A program made the position numbers and the translations under genes. From assembly GCA_029258795.1 (NCBI GenBank), contig JAPDKB010000009.1, positions 1 through 64,000 on the forward strand: 64,000 nt of DNA, given 5' to 3'. The stretch's first letter is position 1; every line of letters starts with the position of its first letter. This stretch comes from an archaeon (GTDB lineage: Archaea; EX4484-52; WAPT01). Shown here one piece after another: positions 41,523 to 50,799 of this stretch. A model generated the notes under the pieces. The model was given only the letters and a program-made list of their open reading frames with translations. It searched no databases and was not told the DNA's origin.

Positions 41523-41643
41523 TGGCGCCGCGGGCAGGATTTTCAGATGCGGGAAAATCAAAGTCCCACAACCTTCGAACCTGCGCGCCCTTACGGGCAC
41601 CGGCTCTCAAGGCCGGCGCACTACCAGGCTATGCGACCGCGGC
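41523..41643 (-). tRNA. tRNA-Ser(TGA) with 34-nt intron at 59/60 (41540-41573)
   Basis: CT-TGA-GA loop, variable arm, G73, CCA; TTCG:TGAA BHB. Confidence 0.92.
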
Positions 41644-41697
41644 GCGGAAAAGACATGCTTGGCAGAGTTAAAAATAGCGCGAGAGCTTTTAAATTTT

Positions 41698-42303
41698 TTA
41701 GCCGAAGGGAGAATGCCTTAAATCCTTCTCTTTATATCCTAACCGTTTACCCACCTCGTTGGCTATAATCTCACCGCAAATGGTGGCTTTGAATTCGAAA
41801 GATGATCCCATGGACTTGTAGATTGGCGATTCTCCACTGTTGTTGTATTTATCGGAATGAGCTTTAAGCAAGAGATAAATGTCGGATAGCTCAGCCACAG
41901 GCGAATCAGGATTGCCCACTATGGAAGAGACGTAAATGTCGTGTTCTTTTGCTATGCGAATATCTTCCACAACCTTCCTCGTTTTCCCGCTTCCTGAAAC
42001 AGCCAGCATCACATCATTATCGCTCACTGGCGGATGGGTGTAAGTGTTATCCGATGTGACAACAACTCTCTTACCCATCTGAGCTAAGCGCATACCACTA
42101 TACTTACTACTTTCCAAACTTCTTCCCGTGGCGTTGAGCCAGATTGTATTTGCTTCATACATTTTATCCACAATCCTTCCAAAAACATCTGCCTGCCCTT
42201 CCAGTTCATGCTGCAGTTCATCTAGAATTTTTTTGTAAAAATTAATAGGTCCTGCTATGTCAATTTTACAAGAAATCAGCGACTCTCTATTTAATAAGGG
42301 CAT
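41698..42303 (-). CDS. SIS-domain protein, 6-phospho-3-hexuloisomerase-like
   Basis: GRS..MRLAQMG, AVSGSGKT, SPVAELSD, MGSSFE. Confidence 0.8.
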   Translation of the reverse strand: MPLLNRESLISCKIDIAGPINFYKKILDELQHELEGQADVFGRIVDKMYEANTIWLNATGRSLESSKYSGMRLAQMGKRVVVTSDNTYTHPPVSDNDVMLAVSGSGKTRKVVEDIRIAKEHDIYVSSIVGNPDSPVAELSDIYLLLKAHSDKYNNSGESPIYKSMGSSFEFKATICGEIIANEVGKRLGYKEKDLRHSPFG

Positions 42304-42354
42304 GATGCCCTACCACCCTCTAAAAAAAATTAGTACTCAAAATTTAAATTTCCT

Positions 42355-42561
42355 TCAAAGCTTGAGATTATGTTTAAAGTTGGCTTTTTCGGCTTTTTCC
42401 AGCTCCCATGCATCCTCAAGCAGCATATCAGGAACATCACCATCAAGCACCGGAAATGCAAGCCTGCAGTTCTCGCAAACTATGAACATGCCCTTCTCAA
42501 CAACATCTCCCTTGCATTTGGGGCAAGCCAAAATTTCCAGCAGCTTTTTATCCACACCCAT
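42355..42561 (-). CDS. Trm112-like protein
   Basis: [28 protein letters not shown]. Confidence 0.88.
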   Translation of the reverse strand: MGVDKKLLEILACPKCKGDVVEKGMFIVCENCRLAFPVLDGDVPDMLLEDAWELEKAEKANFKHNLKL

Positions 42562-42597
42562 GTGCCGCACCTCAAACTTTCATTCTTTCAAGGATTT

Positions 42598-43560
42598 TTA
42601 TTTCTTTTTCTTCCAGAGCTTCGGATAAACGCCCTTTTCCATGACCACTCTGTTTATCGTGCATGCAACACCGCTCCTTCTTCCAGCCATCTCTTCAGCA
42701 TTCATTTCTGCCCTGCCCAAGGCAACGAGCTCGCCCTTCAAGCTCAGGATTGCCACAACGTCACCTTTCTTTACACTCTTTTCCACCTTGGAAATCCCGC
42801 CCACATGAAGCTGCGCACCATAACAAATTGCTGAGATAGCACTGTCTTTCACCAAAACCTTCTTCACATCTTTGAGCAGGTATTCCACAGGCAGCACAAC
42901 CTCCCTGAGCTTCGCATCTTTCCCTTCCTCTTTCCATATTGCATAAGCGTCAACAACATCTTGAAGGTAGCATGCTTTATCCTCAGTTATGCTGCCCACA
43001 GCGGTCCTCCTCAGCTCCTGAAGATGGGCATTCACACCCATGGCTCTACCCATATCCACACACAGCTTTCTTATGTAGGTGCCTGCTTCACATCTAACGC
43101 GGAAGAGCACATATCTCCCCTCAATCTCCAACACCTCGATGGAATAAATCTTCCTTTTTCTCGGCTTTCTCGCAACAGCACTCCTCAAGGGTGGAACCTG
43201 CGTTATCGTGCCCTCAAAATTCTTCATCACTTCCCTTATCCTGCTTTCCTCAACATCCCCATGCAACTTCATTAACGCAACATATTCCTTATCGCTTCTC
43301 GCAAGAAGCTGGGTAAGCTTGGTGGCGTGGTTCAATAGGATGACAAGCACACCGGTGGCATTCGGGTCAAGCGTTCCGGTCTGACCCGCTTTCCTCACTT
43401 CCAGAATATCTTTAAGCCATGCCACCACCTGGTGACTTGTTGGGCCGCGCGGCTTATCAACGATAACAGCGCCATACTTCAAAAGCTCTTCCACGGGTCT
43501 TTCGTGAGGATAATACCCATGTTCTGGAGAAGTTTCTGCCTCCTCTCTCACAATCCACAT
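42598..43560 (-). CDS. cbf5: H/ACA RNA-guided pseudouridine synthase Cbf5
   Basis: DKPRGPTSHQV, GTLDP, CEAGTYIRKLC, PUA domain. Confidence 0.96.
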   Translation of the reverse strand: MWIVREEAETSPEHGYYPHERPVEELLKYGAVIVDKPRGPTSHQVVAWLKDILEVRKAGQTGTLDPNATGVLVILLNHATKLTQLLARSDKEYVALMKLHGDVEESRIREVMKNFEGTITQVPPLRSAVARKPRKRKIYSIEVLEIEGRYVLFRVRCEAGTYIRKLCVDMGRAMGVNAHLQELRRTAVGSITEDKACYLQDVVDAYAIWKEEGKDAKLREVVLPVEYLLKDVKKVLVKDSAISAICYGAQLHVGGISKVEKSVKKGDVVAILSLKGELVALGRAEMNAEEMAGRRSGVACTINRVVMEKGVYPKLWKKKK

Positions 43561-43596
43561 GGAAGAAAAAGTATGGGGGAGCTTTTAATAATCTTT

Positions 43597-43881
43597 TTAC
43601 AGCTGAATTCCTACCCTCTTGCTCATAACCTCTTCAAGCTTGGCTTCCTTAATCGCATTGAGAACTTCCTCATCGCTGGCATTCTTCTTTATCTTCACCT
43701 TGTGAGGTGTTGGCTCCAGGTGCTTAATGTTGCATTTTTTCCTCCTTGCTCCTGTCAAAGATTTTGGCCCGGTGACCATCACGAAATTGTCATCCAGCAC
43801 ATCTATCACAACACAAAAGCATCCTGCATCTCTTCCAGCATTTTTCACGCAGACCCTACCAACTTCAAGCATCACGCTCAC
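43597..43881 (-). CDS. rpl14e: ribosomal protein eL14
   Basis: EVGRVCVKNAGRDAG, CNIKHLEPT. Confidence 0.95.
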   Translation of the reverse strand: MSVMLEVGRVCVKNAGRDAGCFCVVIDVLDDNFVMVTGPKSLTGARRKKCNIKHLEPTPHKVKIKKNASDEEVLNAIKEAKLEEVMSKRVGIQL

Positions 43882-43891
43882 CCCTTTACCA

Positions 43892-44158
43892 TCACTGCTT
43901 CATTTTCACCACAGCTTCTGCTATCTTTTTCCTCAAACATGAAGGGCAGAGCACACCACCATACATCCTTTCAGGCCTTTTCTTTGTCTTCGCCATACTT
44001 TTAAGCTTGTAAGCTTTAACTCTGGGAACTCCAGCCAGTGGGGTTCCACACACTCCACACTTTGCAAAGTTGACTTTCTTCTCAACTTTATGGATAACAA
44101 GTTTGCCTCCCGGCGTTCTGACGCGCTTCCACTTCTTACCTCGCAACGATGGTCTCAT
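43892..44158 (-). CDS. rpl34e: ribosomal protein eL34
   Basis: RTPGG, CGVCG..L, RPERMYGGVLC. Confidence 0.95.
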   Translation of the reverse strand: MRPSLRGKKWKRVRTPGGKLVIHKVEKKVNFAKCGVCGTPLAGVPRVKAYKLKSMAKTKKRPERMYGGVLCPSCLRKKIAEAVVKMKQ

Positions 44159-44168
44159 ACTCGTCACC

Positions 44169-44624
44169 TCAATCAACACGAAGCAGCTTCCTGAAAAAGA
44201 TGGAAGCCGGAATGGAAATTATTATGTACAGGCCTATTATGCCAACGGTATCGCCAACAAAAGGCAATGGGAAGGGCAGCTTGAAAGTTGCGCCGTTGTA
44301 AAGCTTTTTGAGCAGCGGGAACATGATAAGGATTATGAGCATGGTGTAGATGAGCTGCTTCTGGGTTAGGGTCATCTGCTCCTTCAGCAGGTGCATATTC
44401 TTTTCCCATAAATCTTTTAATTCTTTCTCATCCCCTCGCTTTCTCGCATCGTCCATCCTTTTCTTGTATTCCTTCGCTTTTCTCCTGAGATGCTTGGCTT
44501 TCTCCACATCTATGGTGATGAGGTAAACCAGCGGGAAAAGGAATGCCATGAGGATTGAAAAAAGGGTCACACCTATCAGCGGATCAAGATTTGCGAGCAT
44601 TTCAACAACCATGACTCCCACCAT
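44169..44624 (-). CDS. DUF106 / EMC3-TMCO1-like membrane insertase
   Basis: TM-coiled coil-TM-TM topology, conserved position after secY. Confidence 0.85.
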   Translation of the reverse strand: MVGVMVVEMLANLDPLIGVTLFSILMAFLFPLVYLITIDVEKAKHLRRKAKEYKKRMDDARKRGDEKELKDLWEKNMHLLKEQMTLTQKQLIYTMLIILIMFPLLKKLYNGATFKLPFPLPFVGDTVGIIGLYIIISIPASIFFRKLLRVD

Positions 44625-44625
44625 A

Positions 44626-46008
44626 TCATCCTTTCATCTTACCCATGAGCTTCCTTACCATCGGATGCGCGTCCTCCAGCTGCTGTACTGCCAGCATCTC
44701 GTACATATTATATATGATCATCACCGCCAGAAGTATGGCTGTACCTCTAACCAACGCTCCCAGCAAATCGGCAAGAGCCGCAAGCAATCCTACAAAAGCC
44801 CCACCCATAATTGCAAGAGGAGTTATGTACCTCTCCAGTACCTTCTCAATGACACGCGGGTCCTTTCTGAATCCCGGAATTTGCAGGCTTGCTGACTGAA
44901 TCTGTCTTGCAACGCTCTTGGCATCCATGCCTGCAGTTGTTACCCAGAAGAGGGAGAATATGGCTGTGCCCACAACCATCACTATCAGATAAGTTATGGC
45001 TCTCACCACCTCCCTTCCTGTGAGTCCTCCATAGAGCAAATAGTAGATGAAAGATCTTGGCGGGGTCATGTAGTAAACCAACCCGCTTTTGGGTCTGCCA
45101 TCCGCGTCAAAACAACCAAGCACTCCACATTTAAGGTTGGTATCCACATCATGAGCTACCATCCTTCCTGCCATTTCTATGTTTATGATGAGGGCCGTCA
45201 CCAAAATCACGGGGATGACGTTTGTGTAGATAAAGCGGAGAGGCCATTTTCTGCCGAAGCCGCGCAACGTTCCAAAAGCAAGAGGTATCTCAACACGCAT
45301 CGATTGAGCATAAACAGCTATCACAAATATCACAATTGTGGTGATGATTGGTACGAGCATTTTCACATCTGGAGTGCCGTCCAAAACCGTTTGAATGAAA
45401 GCCAGCAACCTGCCAGCATAGTATTCTCCCGCTGTCTGGAAGTTGAAAAGCTGGATGAATATCTGCCTTGAGATTCCAGCAACTATGAACAGCGAGATGC
45501 CGCTACCAAAACCCCACTTGCTCACAACTTCATCCATGAAGATGACAAGCCACCCTCCAATACAGAGCTGAAGCACCACGATGGCAACGTTGAAAAAAGA
45601 ATAGGTAGCGGGCTGTATCGGACCAAAAAGAACCCATGCAACTGCCTGCACAAAAGTTATAACAAACGCAAGGAATTTTTGAGCGCCCTGAAACATTATT
45701 CTGCCGTGCCTCGTGTTAAGATCCCAGTTTATTATTCTTGCACCCACAAGCATCTGCAGGATGATGGATGCGGTGACTATCGGACCTATACCCAGCGTCA
45801 TCAAGCTGCCGGTTTTTGCTCCCAGAAGCATTTCCCATTCAGCAAATCTGGCCGCAACCTCCTCCTTTATCCCGTAAACCCGTATCTCGGTCAAAATGTA
45901 ATATAGAATCAGAATTATTCCCGTCCACTTCAACCTCTCATTTAGTGTTAGCCTTCTCTTTGGAGCTTCCACACCCGGCAGAAGCTCGAAAAACTTTTCC
46001 AGGTTCAT
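44626..46008 (-). CDS. secY: preprotein translocase SecY
   Basis: LGIGPIVTASII, KWGFGSGISLFI, QIPGFR. Confidence 0.97.
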   Translation of the reverse strand: MNLEKFFELLPGVEAPKRRLTLNERLKWTGIILILYYILTEIRVYGIKEEVAARFAEWEMLLGAKTGSLMTLGIGPIVTASIILQMLVGARIINWDLNTRHGRIMFQGAQKFLAFVITFVQAVAWVLFGPIQPATYSFFNVAIVVLQLCIGGWLVIFMDEVVSKWGFGSGISLFIVAGISRQIFIQLFNFQTAGEYYAGRLLAFIQTVLDGTPDVKMLVPIITTIVIFVIAVYAQSMRVEIPLAFGTLRGFGRKWPLRFIYTNVIPVILVTALIINIEMAGRMVAHDVDTNLKCGVLGCFDADGRPKSGLVYYMTPPRSFIYYLLYGGLTGREVVRAITYLIVMVVGTAIFSLFWVTTAGMDAKSVARQIQSASLQIPGFRKDPRVIEKVLERYITPLAIMGGAFVGLLAALADLLGALVRGTAILLAVMIIYNMYEMLAVQQLEDAHPMVRKLMGKMKG

Positions 46009-46009
46009 T

Positions 46010-46492
46010 TTAACTGCCCTCCTCCGCTGCTGCAGCAGCCAAAACAACCTTTCCGCCAGCACTCTCTATCTTTTCAATTGCCTTTTGGGTGGCTTCAGCA
46101 ACTCTAACCTCCACAGGCAGGTTTATTTTTCCGGCACCGAGCAGCTTATCGTAGCCGGCCTTCTCAAGATCAACAACGTAAGGCTTATCTTTCTTTTCCG
46201 CCACCCCCATCGCAACCCATCTTTCAATATAACGCTCAATATCTCCAACATTTATGCAATTTTTCTCTCTCACTATTGATTTGTGTCTTTTGAAACCCTT
46301 CCTTCCCCTTCCAAGAGGAAGTTTGCCTTCAGCATAAAGCATCGTTAGCTTCTGCTGTCCTCTCTTACCCATTCCTGCTTTACCCTTTCCACCTTTCGAA
46401 CCCTTACCTCTGTGCTTCTTCTTAGAACCCCATCCGTAGGTTTTCGAACCCCTGAGCTTGTTGACTTTCCTCTTCCTCTTTCTTACGACCAT
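46010..46492 (-). CDS. rpl15: ribosomal protein uL15
   Basis: RGSKTYGWG..RGKG..GG.G.AG, KLLGAG. Confidence 0.95.
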   Translation of the reverse strand: MVVRKRKRKVNKLRGSKTYGWGSKKKHRGKGSKGGKGKAGMGKRGQQKLTMLYAEGKLPLGRGRKGFKRHKSIVREKNCINVGDIERYIERWVAMGVAEKKDKPYVVDLEKAGYDKLLGAGKINLPVEVRVAEATQKAIEKIESAGGKVVLAAAAAEEGS

Positions 46493-46503
46493 GACCTACA
46501 CCT

Positions 46504-46938
46504 TCATATCATTCTTTTTATGAGGTCGTTGATCTTCTCTCCCCTGTAACCGAGTGCTCCTCCAACCGTGAAGTGCTTCTTTATACCTTTTCTCTCATAA
46601 CCCTTTCTCGGAGGAGCAAGCCGAAACACGGGCTTCAATCCGGCTTTTTTAAGCCCCACTTCCTTGATTTTCTTCACATACTCATCGACTTTCTCTGCTG
46701 GTATTTTTCCACCACCTTCAAGCTCCCCTCTTTTTTCCACAAGAAGCTTGAGGACTTCATCACTAACCTCTCCCCACGTAACATAATCCTTGACCTTGAA
46801 AATCATACCCTTGTATGAGTCATTTTCAGGCACAACCGTGCAGTGGTGTGGCTTGTTCAGATTCAGAAGTTTAAGTGTTCTTTCAACTTCCTCCCTTACA
46901 CCAACAGTACCTCTTACTCTCACCACCGCGTACATCAC
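46504..46938 (-). CDS. rpl30: ribosomal protein uL30
   Basis: AVVRVRG, VTWGE, FRLAPPRKG, GYRGEKIN. Confidence 0.95.
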   Translation of the reverse strand: MMYAVVRVRGTVGVREEVERTLKLLNLNKPHHCTVVPENDSYKGMIFKVKDYVTWGEVSDEVLKLLVEKRGELEGGGKIPAEKVDEYVKKIKEVGLKKAGLKPVFRLAPPRKGYERKGIKKHFTVGGALGYRGEKINDLIKRMI

Positions 46939-47645
46939 ACAGCACCCTGAACCATACCAGTTCTCTTGATTTCTTCCTCGCCAACCTTCATTTTGTTGAG
47001 GTTTCTGAAAGCATCAATGGCCGCTCCCACAAAATTAAGTCGGGTTCTCGTGTCTCCAAAGGACTGAGACCACACATCCTTAATACCAGCCAGCCTCATA
47101 ACTTTCTTTAGTTCCTCTCCAACCACGAGTCCCACTCCTTTCGGAGCGGGCATCAGCACAACTCTGACGCTACCCATCTTACCCATGACTCTGAAAGGTA
47201 TGGAGTGATGACCCCTGCATCCACACTCCCAGGATCCACACCCTCTCCTTATGGGGAATATGTTCAGTTTGGCTTTTCTTATTGCTTTCTCTATAACCTC
47301 TCTGGCACTCTTACCTCTTGCCACACCAAATCCTATCAGCCCGTTCTCGTTTCCAACGATAGCAGCAGCATGAAGGGTCCTTCTCCTTCCTGACTTGTGC
47401 ATCCTCACGGTGGATCTTATGGGTACTCTTCTCTTACCACCACCCTTACCGCTCACACCACCTATGTTTATGAGCTCTTCCTTCAAATCGGGCACGAGAT
47501 AATCAACTATTTCCGGCTCTTTTATAACATAACCTCTAGCAAAAATCTCCTCTATTGACTTTATCTCTCCTTCTTTAACCATCCTTCCGAGTTCCGTCCT
47601 CGGTACCCAATCCTCCAGTGAGGTTTTCACGGCCATGTTAATCAC
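46935..47645 (-). CDS. rps5: ribosomal protein uS5
   Basis: WVPRTELG, RRGCGSWEC, PAPKGVG. Confidence 0.96.
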   Translation of the reverse strand: MINMAVKTSLEDWVPRTELGRMVKEGEIKSIEEIFARGYVIKEPEIVDYLVPDLKEELINIGGVSGKGGGKRRVPIRSTVRMHKSGRRRTLHAAAIVGNENGLIGFGVARGKSAREVIEKAIRKAKLNIFPIRRGCGSWECGCRGHHSIPFRVMGKMGSVRVVLMPAPKGVGLVVGEELKKVMRLAGIKDVWSQSFGDTRTRLNFVGAAIDAFRNLNKMKVGEEEIKRTGMVQGAV

Positions 47646-48202
47646 TCATCATGGGATTTCTTCTTTTTACCGGATTTTTTGGATTCGCCACTTTTAGCAG
47701 AGAACACCTTATCAATATTTTCCTTAACCTTTTTGAAGGTTTCCACAACCTTCCTGCTTATGTGCTCACCCATTATCCTACTCTCATCCGGAACCTTGTC
47801 TGGAGAGTGAGGGATGTTCAATCCAGCATCCACCGCTCCTTTGAGCACAGCGAATATTCTGGCTCCTTTGGTTGAAGTGTGTCTCCCTATGTCGAGTATG
47901 GCTTCATTTATACCTTCTTTCAAGGCCATCTTGCCGATGAGGTATCCGGTTAGGTAAGCTGCGGGCGTGTTTTTGAAGGATGTGATATCCCATCCATACT
48001 CCGCAAGCTTTTTGGAAGTAACCATGACTTTAGTAACATCTCCCTTAGGGTTGAACTCTCTTATGTGGGCTATTATCTGCGTGTTCGTCCTTCTGACAGT
48101 AAGTATTGGCTTGCCGCTCTTAACAAGAGCCAGCCTTTTCTTGTAATCAGTTTTTCCTTCCCTTCTCCTCCTGAATTTCATTAAGTAACCGCGTTTCCCC
48201 AT
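47642..48202 (-). CDS. rpl18: ribosomal protein uL18
   Basis: RRRREGKTDY, AAYLTG, LKGAVDAG. Confidence 0.96.
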   Translation of the reverse strand: MGKRGYLMKFRRRREGKTDYKKRLALVKSGKPILTVRRTNTQIIAHIREFNPKGDVTKVMVTSKKLAEYGWDITSFKNTPAAYLTGYLIGKMALKEGINEAILDIGRHTSTKGARIFAVLKGAVDAGLNIPHSPDKVPDESRIMGEHISRKVVETFKKVKENIDKVFSAKSGESKKSGKKKKSHDE

Positions 48203-48208
48203 AATTCA

Positions 48209-48673
48209 TCACGTTTCTGCCTGTTTTTCTCTCATTTCCTTTAGCTTTTCAACCCTCTGAAGGAGGTGGGCTTTCGTTCTGAACATACCTCCTTTTGCAT
48301 GAGCATAAAGCATTCTGTATTCTGTTTGAGTAATCTCTCCCTTATCACGCAGCTCTCTGAGCAGCTTTCGCAGAGCCCTTATCCTTATCATCCATGCAAG
48401 TTTCCTTGGCATCCTTGCCGTCTTTTTACCCTTCCTTGAGCCGTGGCCCTTTCTCCTTCCCTTCTTCTTCTGCATCTTTATGTGCTTGGCTCTCGCGGTG
48501 CTCACCCCAACCTTCGGGAGTACCGCTATCTTACCCTCCCTAATCAGCCTCCTTATATCCTCCCTGGTTATGGCTTGAGCTACCTCATCAACATGAGCAG
48601 GATCTATCCACACTCTGTGAACTCCGCATTTCAGTATCTGTGCGGCCATCCTTTTCTGGGTTCTTAAATTCAT
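48209..48673 (-). CDS. rpl19e: ribosomal protein eL19
   Basis: QKRMAA..RVWIDP, GSRKG, WMIRIR. Confidence 0.96.
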   Translation of the reverse strand: MNLRTQKRMAAQILKCGVHRVWIDPAHVDEVAQAITREDIRRLIREGKIAVLPKVGVSTARAKHIKMQKKKGRRKGHGSRKGKKTARMPRKLAWMIRIRALRKLLRELRDKGEITQTEYRMLYAHAKGGMFRTKAHLLQRVEKLKEMREKQAET

Positions 48674-48685
48674 ATCCCATCACCG

Positions 48686-48868
48686 TTAATTGTTTGCAGG
48701 CAGTATCTCTTTTTGATGAGCTACGACCACAACCTCTCTGGTGTATTTCATTCCACACCTTTTACAGGAATAAACTTTTATGCCCTGCACCTTCATGGTT
48801 TCGGCGCGAGCCCCGCACGCAGGGCATATTTCCTCATGAAAGTGAACAAATGGAACATCGATGAACAT
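48686..48868 (-). CDS. small zinc-ribbon protein inside the spc operon
   Basis: CPAC...CKRC; AGGTG RBS; fills the gap between eL32 and eL19. Confidence 0.7.
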   Translation of the reverse strand: MFIDVPFVHFHEEICPACGARAETMKVQGIKVYSCKRCGMKYTREVVVVAHQKEILPANN

Positions 48869-48880
48869 AACTCATCCACC

Positions 48881-49573
48881 TTACTTTTTGCTTTTGGTGG
48901 TTGATTTTTTGGTGGTCTTGGAAGAGCTCTTACTTTTTGCTTTTGAACTGCCTGTGGCTTTTTTGGTTTTACCTTCCACTTTTTCCTTTTTCTTAACCTC
49001 TTTCTTCCTCTCATCACCCTTCTTCTCAGCCGTCTTCTTTTCCGCTTTTTTGGCTTTCTCCTTTACAGCTTTCTTCTCCTCAGCTTCCTCCTCTTCCTTT
49101 GTTTCCTCAACCTTCTTCTCTTCCTTCGCCTTTTCCTCCTTCTCTTTCTTTTTCTTCTCCTCTCTTGCCTTCAATTCAAGATATGAACGCCTCTTTATCC
49201 TTGGATTGAGCACTTTGATGCCAAGTTCTTCAGCTTTCTTCAGGATTTCAAGCTTCTTCTTTGTGCCCACACATGAAGCAACTCTAACAGCTTCCTCTTC
49301 CCTGTTAACCCTTTCAAGATCGGTAGGGTTGTAAACAATCACCTCCCTATAACCAGAAGGATGAAGGTGTCTCGCTTCTTTAGGACCGCCATATCCGGAG
49401 CAAGGCATTTTTGGCTTTCCGAATATTCTTTTCCTCATTTTGTTGTGAATTCCCTTCGGTTTTCTGTAGCCACTCCTGCTTATCTTCTTTATTCTATCTC
49501 CTAAATACCTCCTGAATTTGGGCTTCCTCTTCTTTACTTCCTCTCTGAGCTTTACAAGCTCCTTCATTGCCAT
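48881..49573 (-). CDS. rpl32e: ribosomal protein eL32 with long charged C-terminal tail
   Basis: RKPKG..NKMR, GYG..RHLHPSG, KVLNP followed by ~95-aa K/E tail. Confidence 0.95.
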   Translation of the reverse strand: MAMKELVKLREEVKKRKPKFRRYLGDRIKKISRSGYRKPKGIHNKMRKRIFGKPKMPCSGYGGPKEARHLHPSGYREVIVYNPTDLERVNREEEAVRVASCVGTKKKLEILKKAEELGIKVLNPRIKRRSYLELKAREEKKKKEKEEKAKEEKKVEETKEEEEAEEKKAVKEKAKKAEKKTAEKKGDERKKEVKKKEKVEGKTKKATGSSKAKSKSSSKTTKKSTTKSKK

Positions 49574-50139
49574 AGATCCTCACTCCTCTTCGGCTTCTTG
49601 TAAATATAAATACCATCGAAGAATATTCGCGGATCTCTTCCTGCACGATATTTGCATGCTTGCTCCATGTTGGCTGCCGTTTGCCCCACATCTTCGATGT
49701 TTATGCCTTCCACCACAATCTCTTCCTTATCTATCTTGACCTTGACATCTCCCACTATCTTTGCCTTTCTAGCACCCTTCTCTCCCATGAAATTGCTTAT
49801 GACTATGTAATCTCCTTCCTGCTTCACAGTCATCGGGAAGTGGGTGTAAACTATCTTTAACCGGGCTTCAAAGCCCCTGGCAACACCATACATCATGTTT
49901 TTGATGTGAGACACCCATGTACCGACTATGGCTTTATCCTTTCTCTTTTTGGACTCGGTCCTGACTTTAACAACACCATCATCAACCATAACCTTCACGC
50001 GGGGGTGGGAGAACATTCTTCTTAACTCTCCCTTCTCTCCTTTAACAATGAGAGTATCGCCTTCCAAGCTTACCTCTATTCCTTCCGGAATCTTTACTTC
50101 CCTTTCAATCACCGTTTGCATCTGCTCTTGCTGGCTCAT
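49564..50139 (-). CDS. rpl6: ribosomal protein uL6
   Basis: VYTHFPM, NFMGE, VGQTAA, DPRIFFDGIY. Confidence 0.96.
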   Translation of the reverse strand: MSQQEQMQTVIEREVKIPEGIEVSLEGDTLIVKGEKGELRRMFSHPRVKVMVDDGVVKVRTESKKRKDKAIVGTWVSHIKNMMYGVARGFEARLKIVYTHFPMTVKQEGDYIVISNFMGEKGARKAKIVGDVKVKIDKEEIVVEGINIEDVGQTAANMEQACKYRAGRDPRIFFDGIYIYKKPKRSEDLWQ

Positions 50140-50167
50140 CTCATCTCACCATCAAAAATCACGCAGT

Positions 50168-50551
50168 TCAGTAAACATAAGCAAGCAAAGCCCCACCCTT
50201 TCTTCCCTTAACTTTCGTGTGTGCGACCACACCTTCGTCGGTGGTGATTATGAGCAATCCGACTCCTGCTGCAGGCAAATACTGCTTCTCCCACTCATCA
50301 AACTCATCCTTTTTAACATAAAATCTTGGCCTTATGGCGTTGCAGTTATTGATTCTGCCTTTAAGTTCTATTCTGAATTTTCCGCCCTTACCATCATCGA
50401 TGTACTCGAAGTTTCCTATGTATCCGTACTCCTGCATAACCTTGAGCACATCCCTGACTAACCTTGAGGCGGGAACAACACACTCCTTCTTTCCAACCTT
50501 CTCAGCGTTCTTGATGATTGACATGACATCTGACAGCAAATCGTGCCTCAT
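50168..50551 (-). CDS. rps8: ribosomal protein uS8
   Basis: IKNAEK, GYIGNFE..DDGKGG, GGALLAYVY. Confidence 0.96.
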   Translation of the reverse strand: MRHDLLSDVMSIIKNAEKVGKKECVVPASRLVRDVLKVMQEYGYIGNFEYIDDGKGGKFRIELKGRINNCNAIRPRFYVKKDEFDEWEKQYLPAAGVGLLIITTDEGVVAHTKVKGRKGGALLAYVY

Positions 50552-50562
50552 GATTCACACCT

Positions 50563-50799
50563 TTATTCCAGCTTTTTCCACCCCATCTCTTTGGCTACCT
50601 CCCTGAAGCATCTTCTGCAGATGTTGAGATCATATTTCCTTATCAAGCTCCTGCCCATGTTGCCGCATCTTATGCATCTAACCTTTCCATATCCGGTCGT
50701 TCTCTCCTTCCTTGTATTGTGTTTTAACACCTTCTTCATCTTTCCCGGCTTGTTCTGGTATATTTTCAGGGATTTTCTGAAGTCACCCATAACCATCAC
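50563..50799 (-). CDS. rps14: ribosomal protein uS14 with N-terminal extension
   Basis: CIRCG..IRKY.L..CRRCFRE. Confidence 0.94.
   Translation of the reverse strand: MMVMGDFRKSLKIYQNKPGKMKKVLKHNTRKERTTGYGKVRCIRCGNMGRSLIRKYDLNICRRCFREVAKEMGWKKLE

Larger units (their letters stand above)
39739..41536 (-). mobile_element. decayed element integrated at the tRNA-Ser 3' end
   Basis: 14/15-bp direct repeat ttggc(a/g)ccgcgggca at 39739-39753 and 41522-41536 flanking an integrase-like fragment and a PIN module. Confidence 0.65.

Noticed and set aside
41305-41610. 101-aa ORF starting inside tRNA-Ser
   Set aside because: The first half is tRNA sequence; only the part from 41469 looks protein-like
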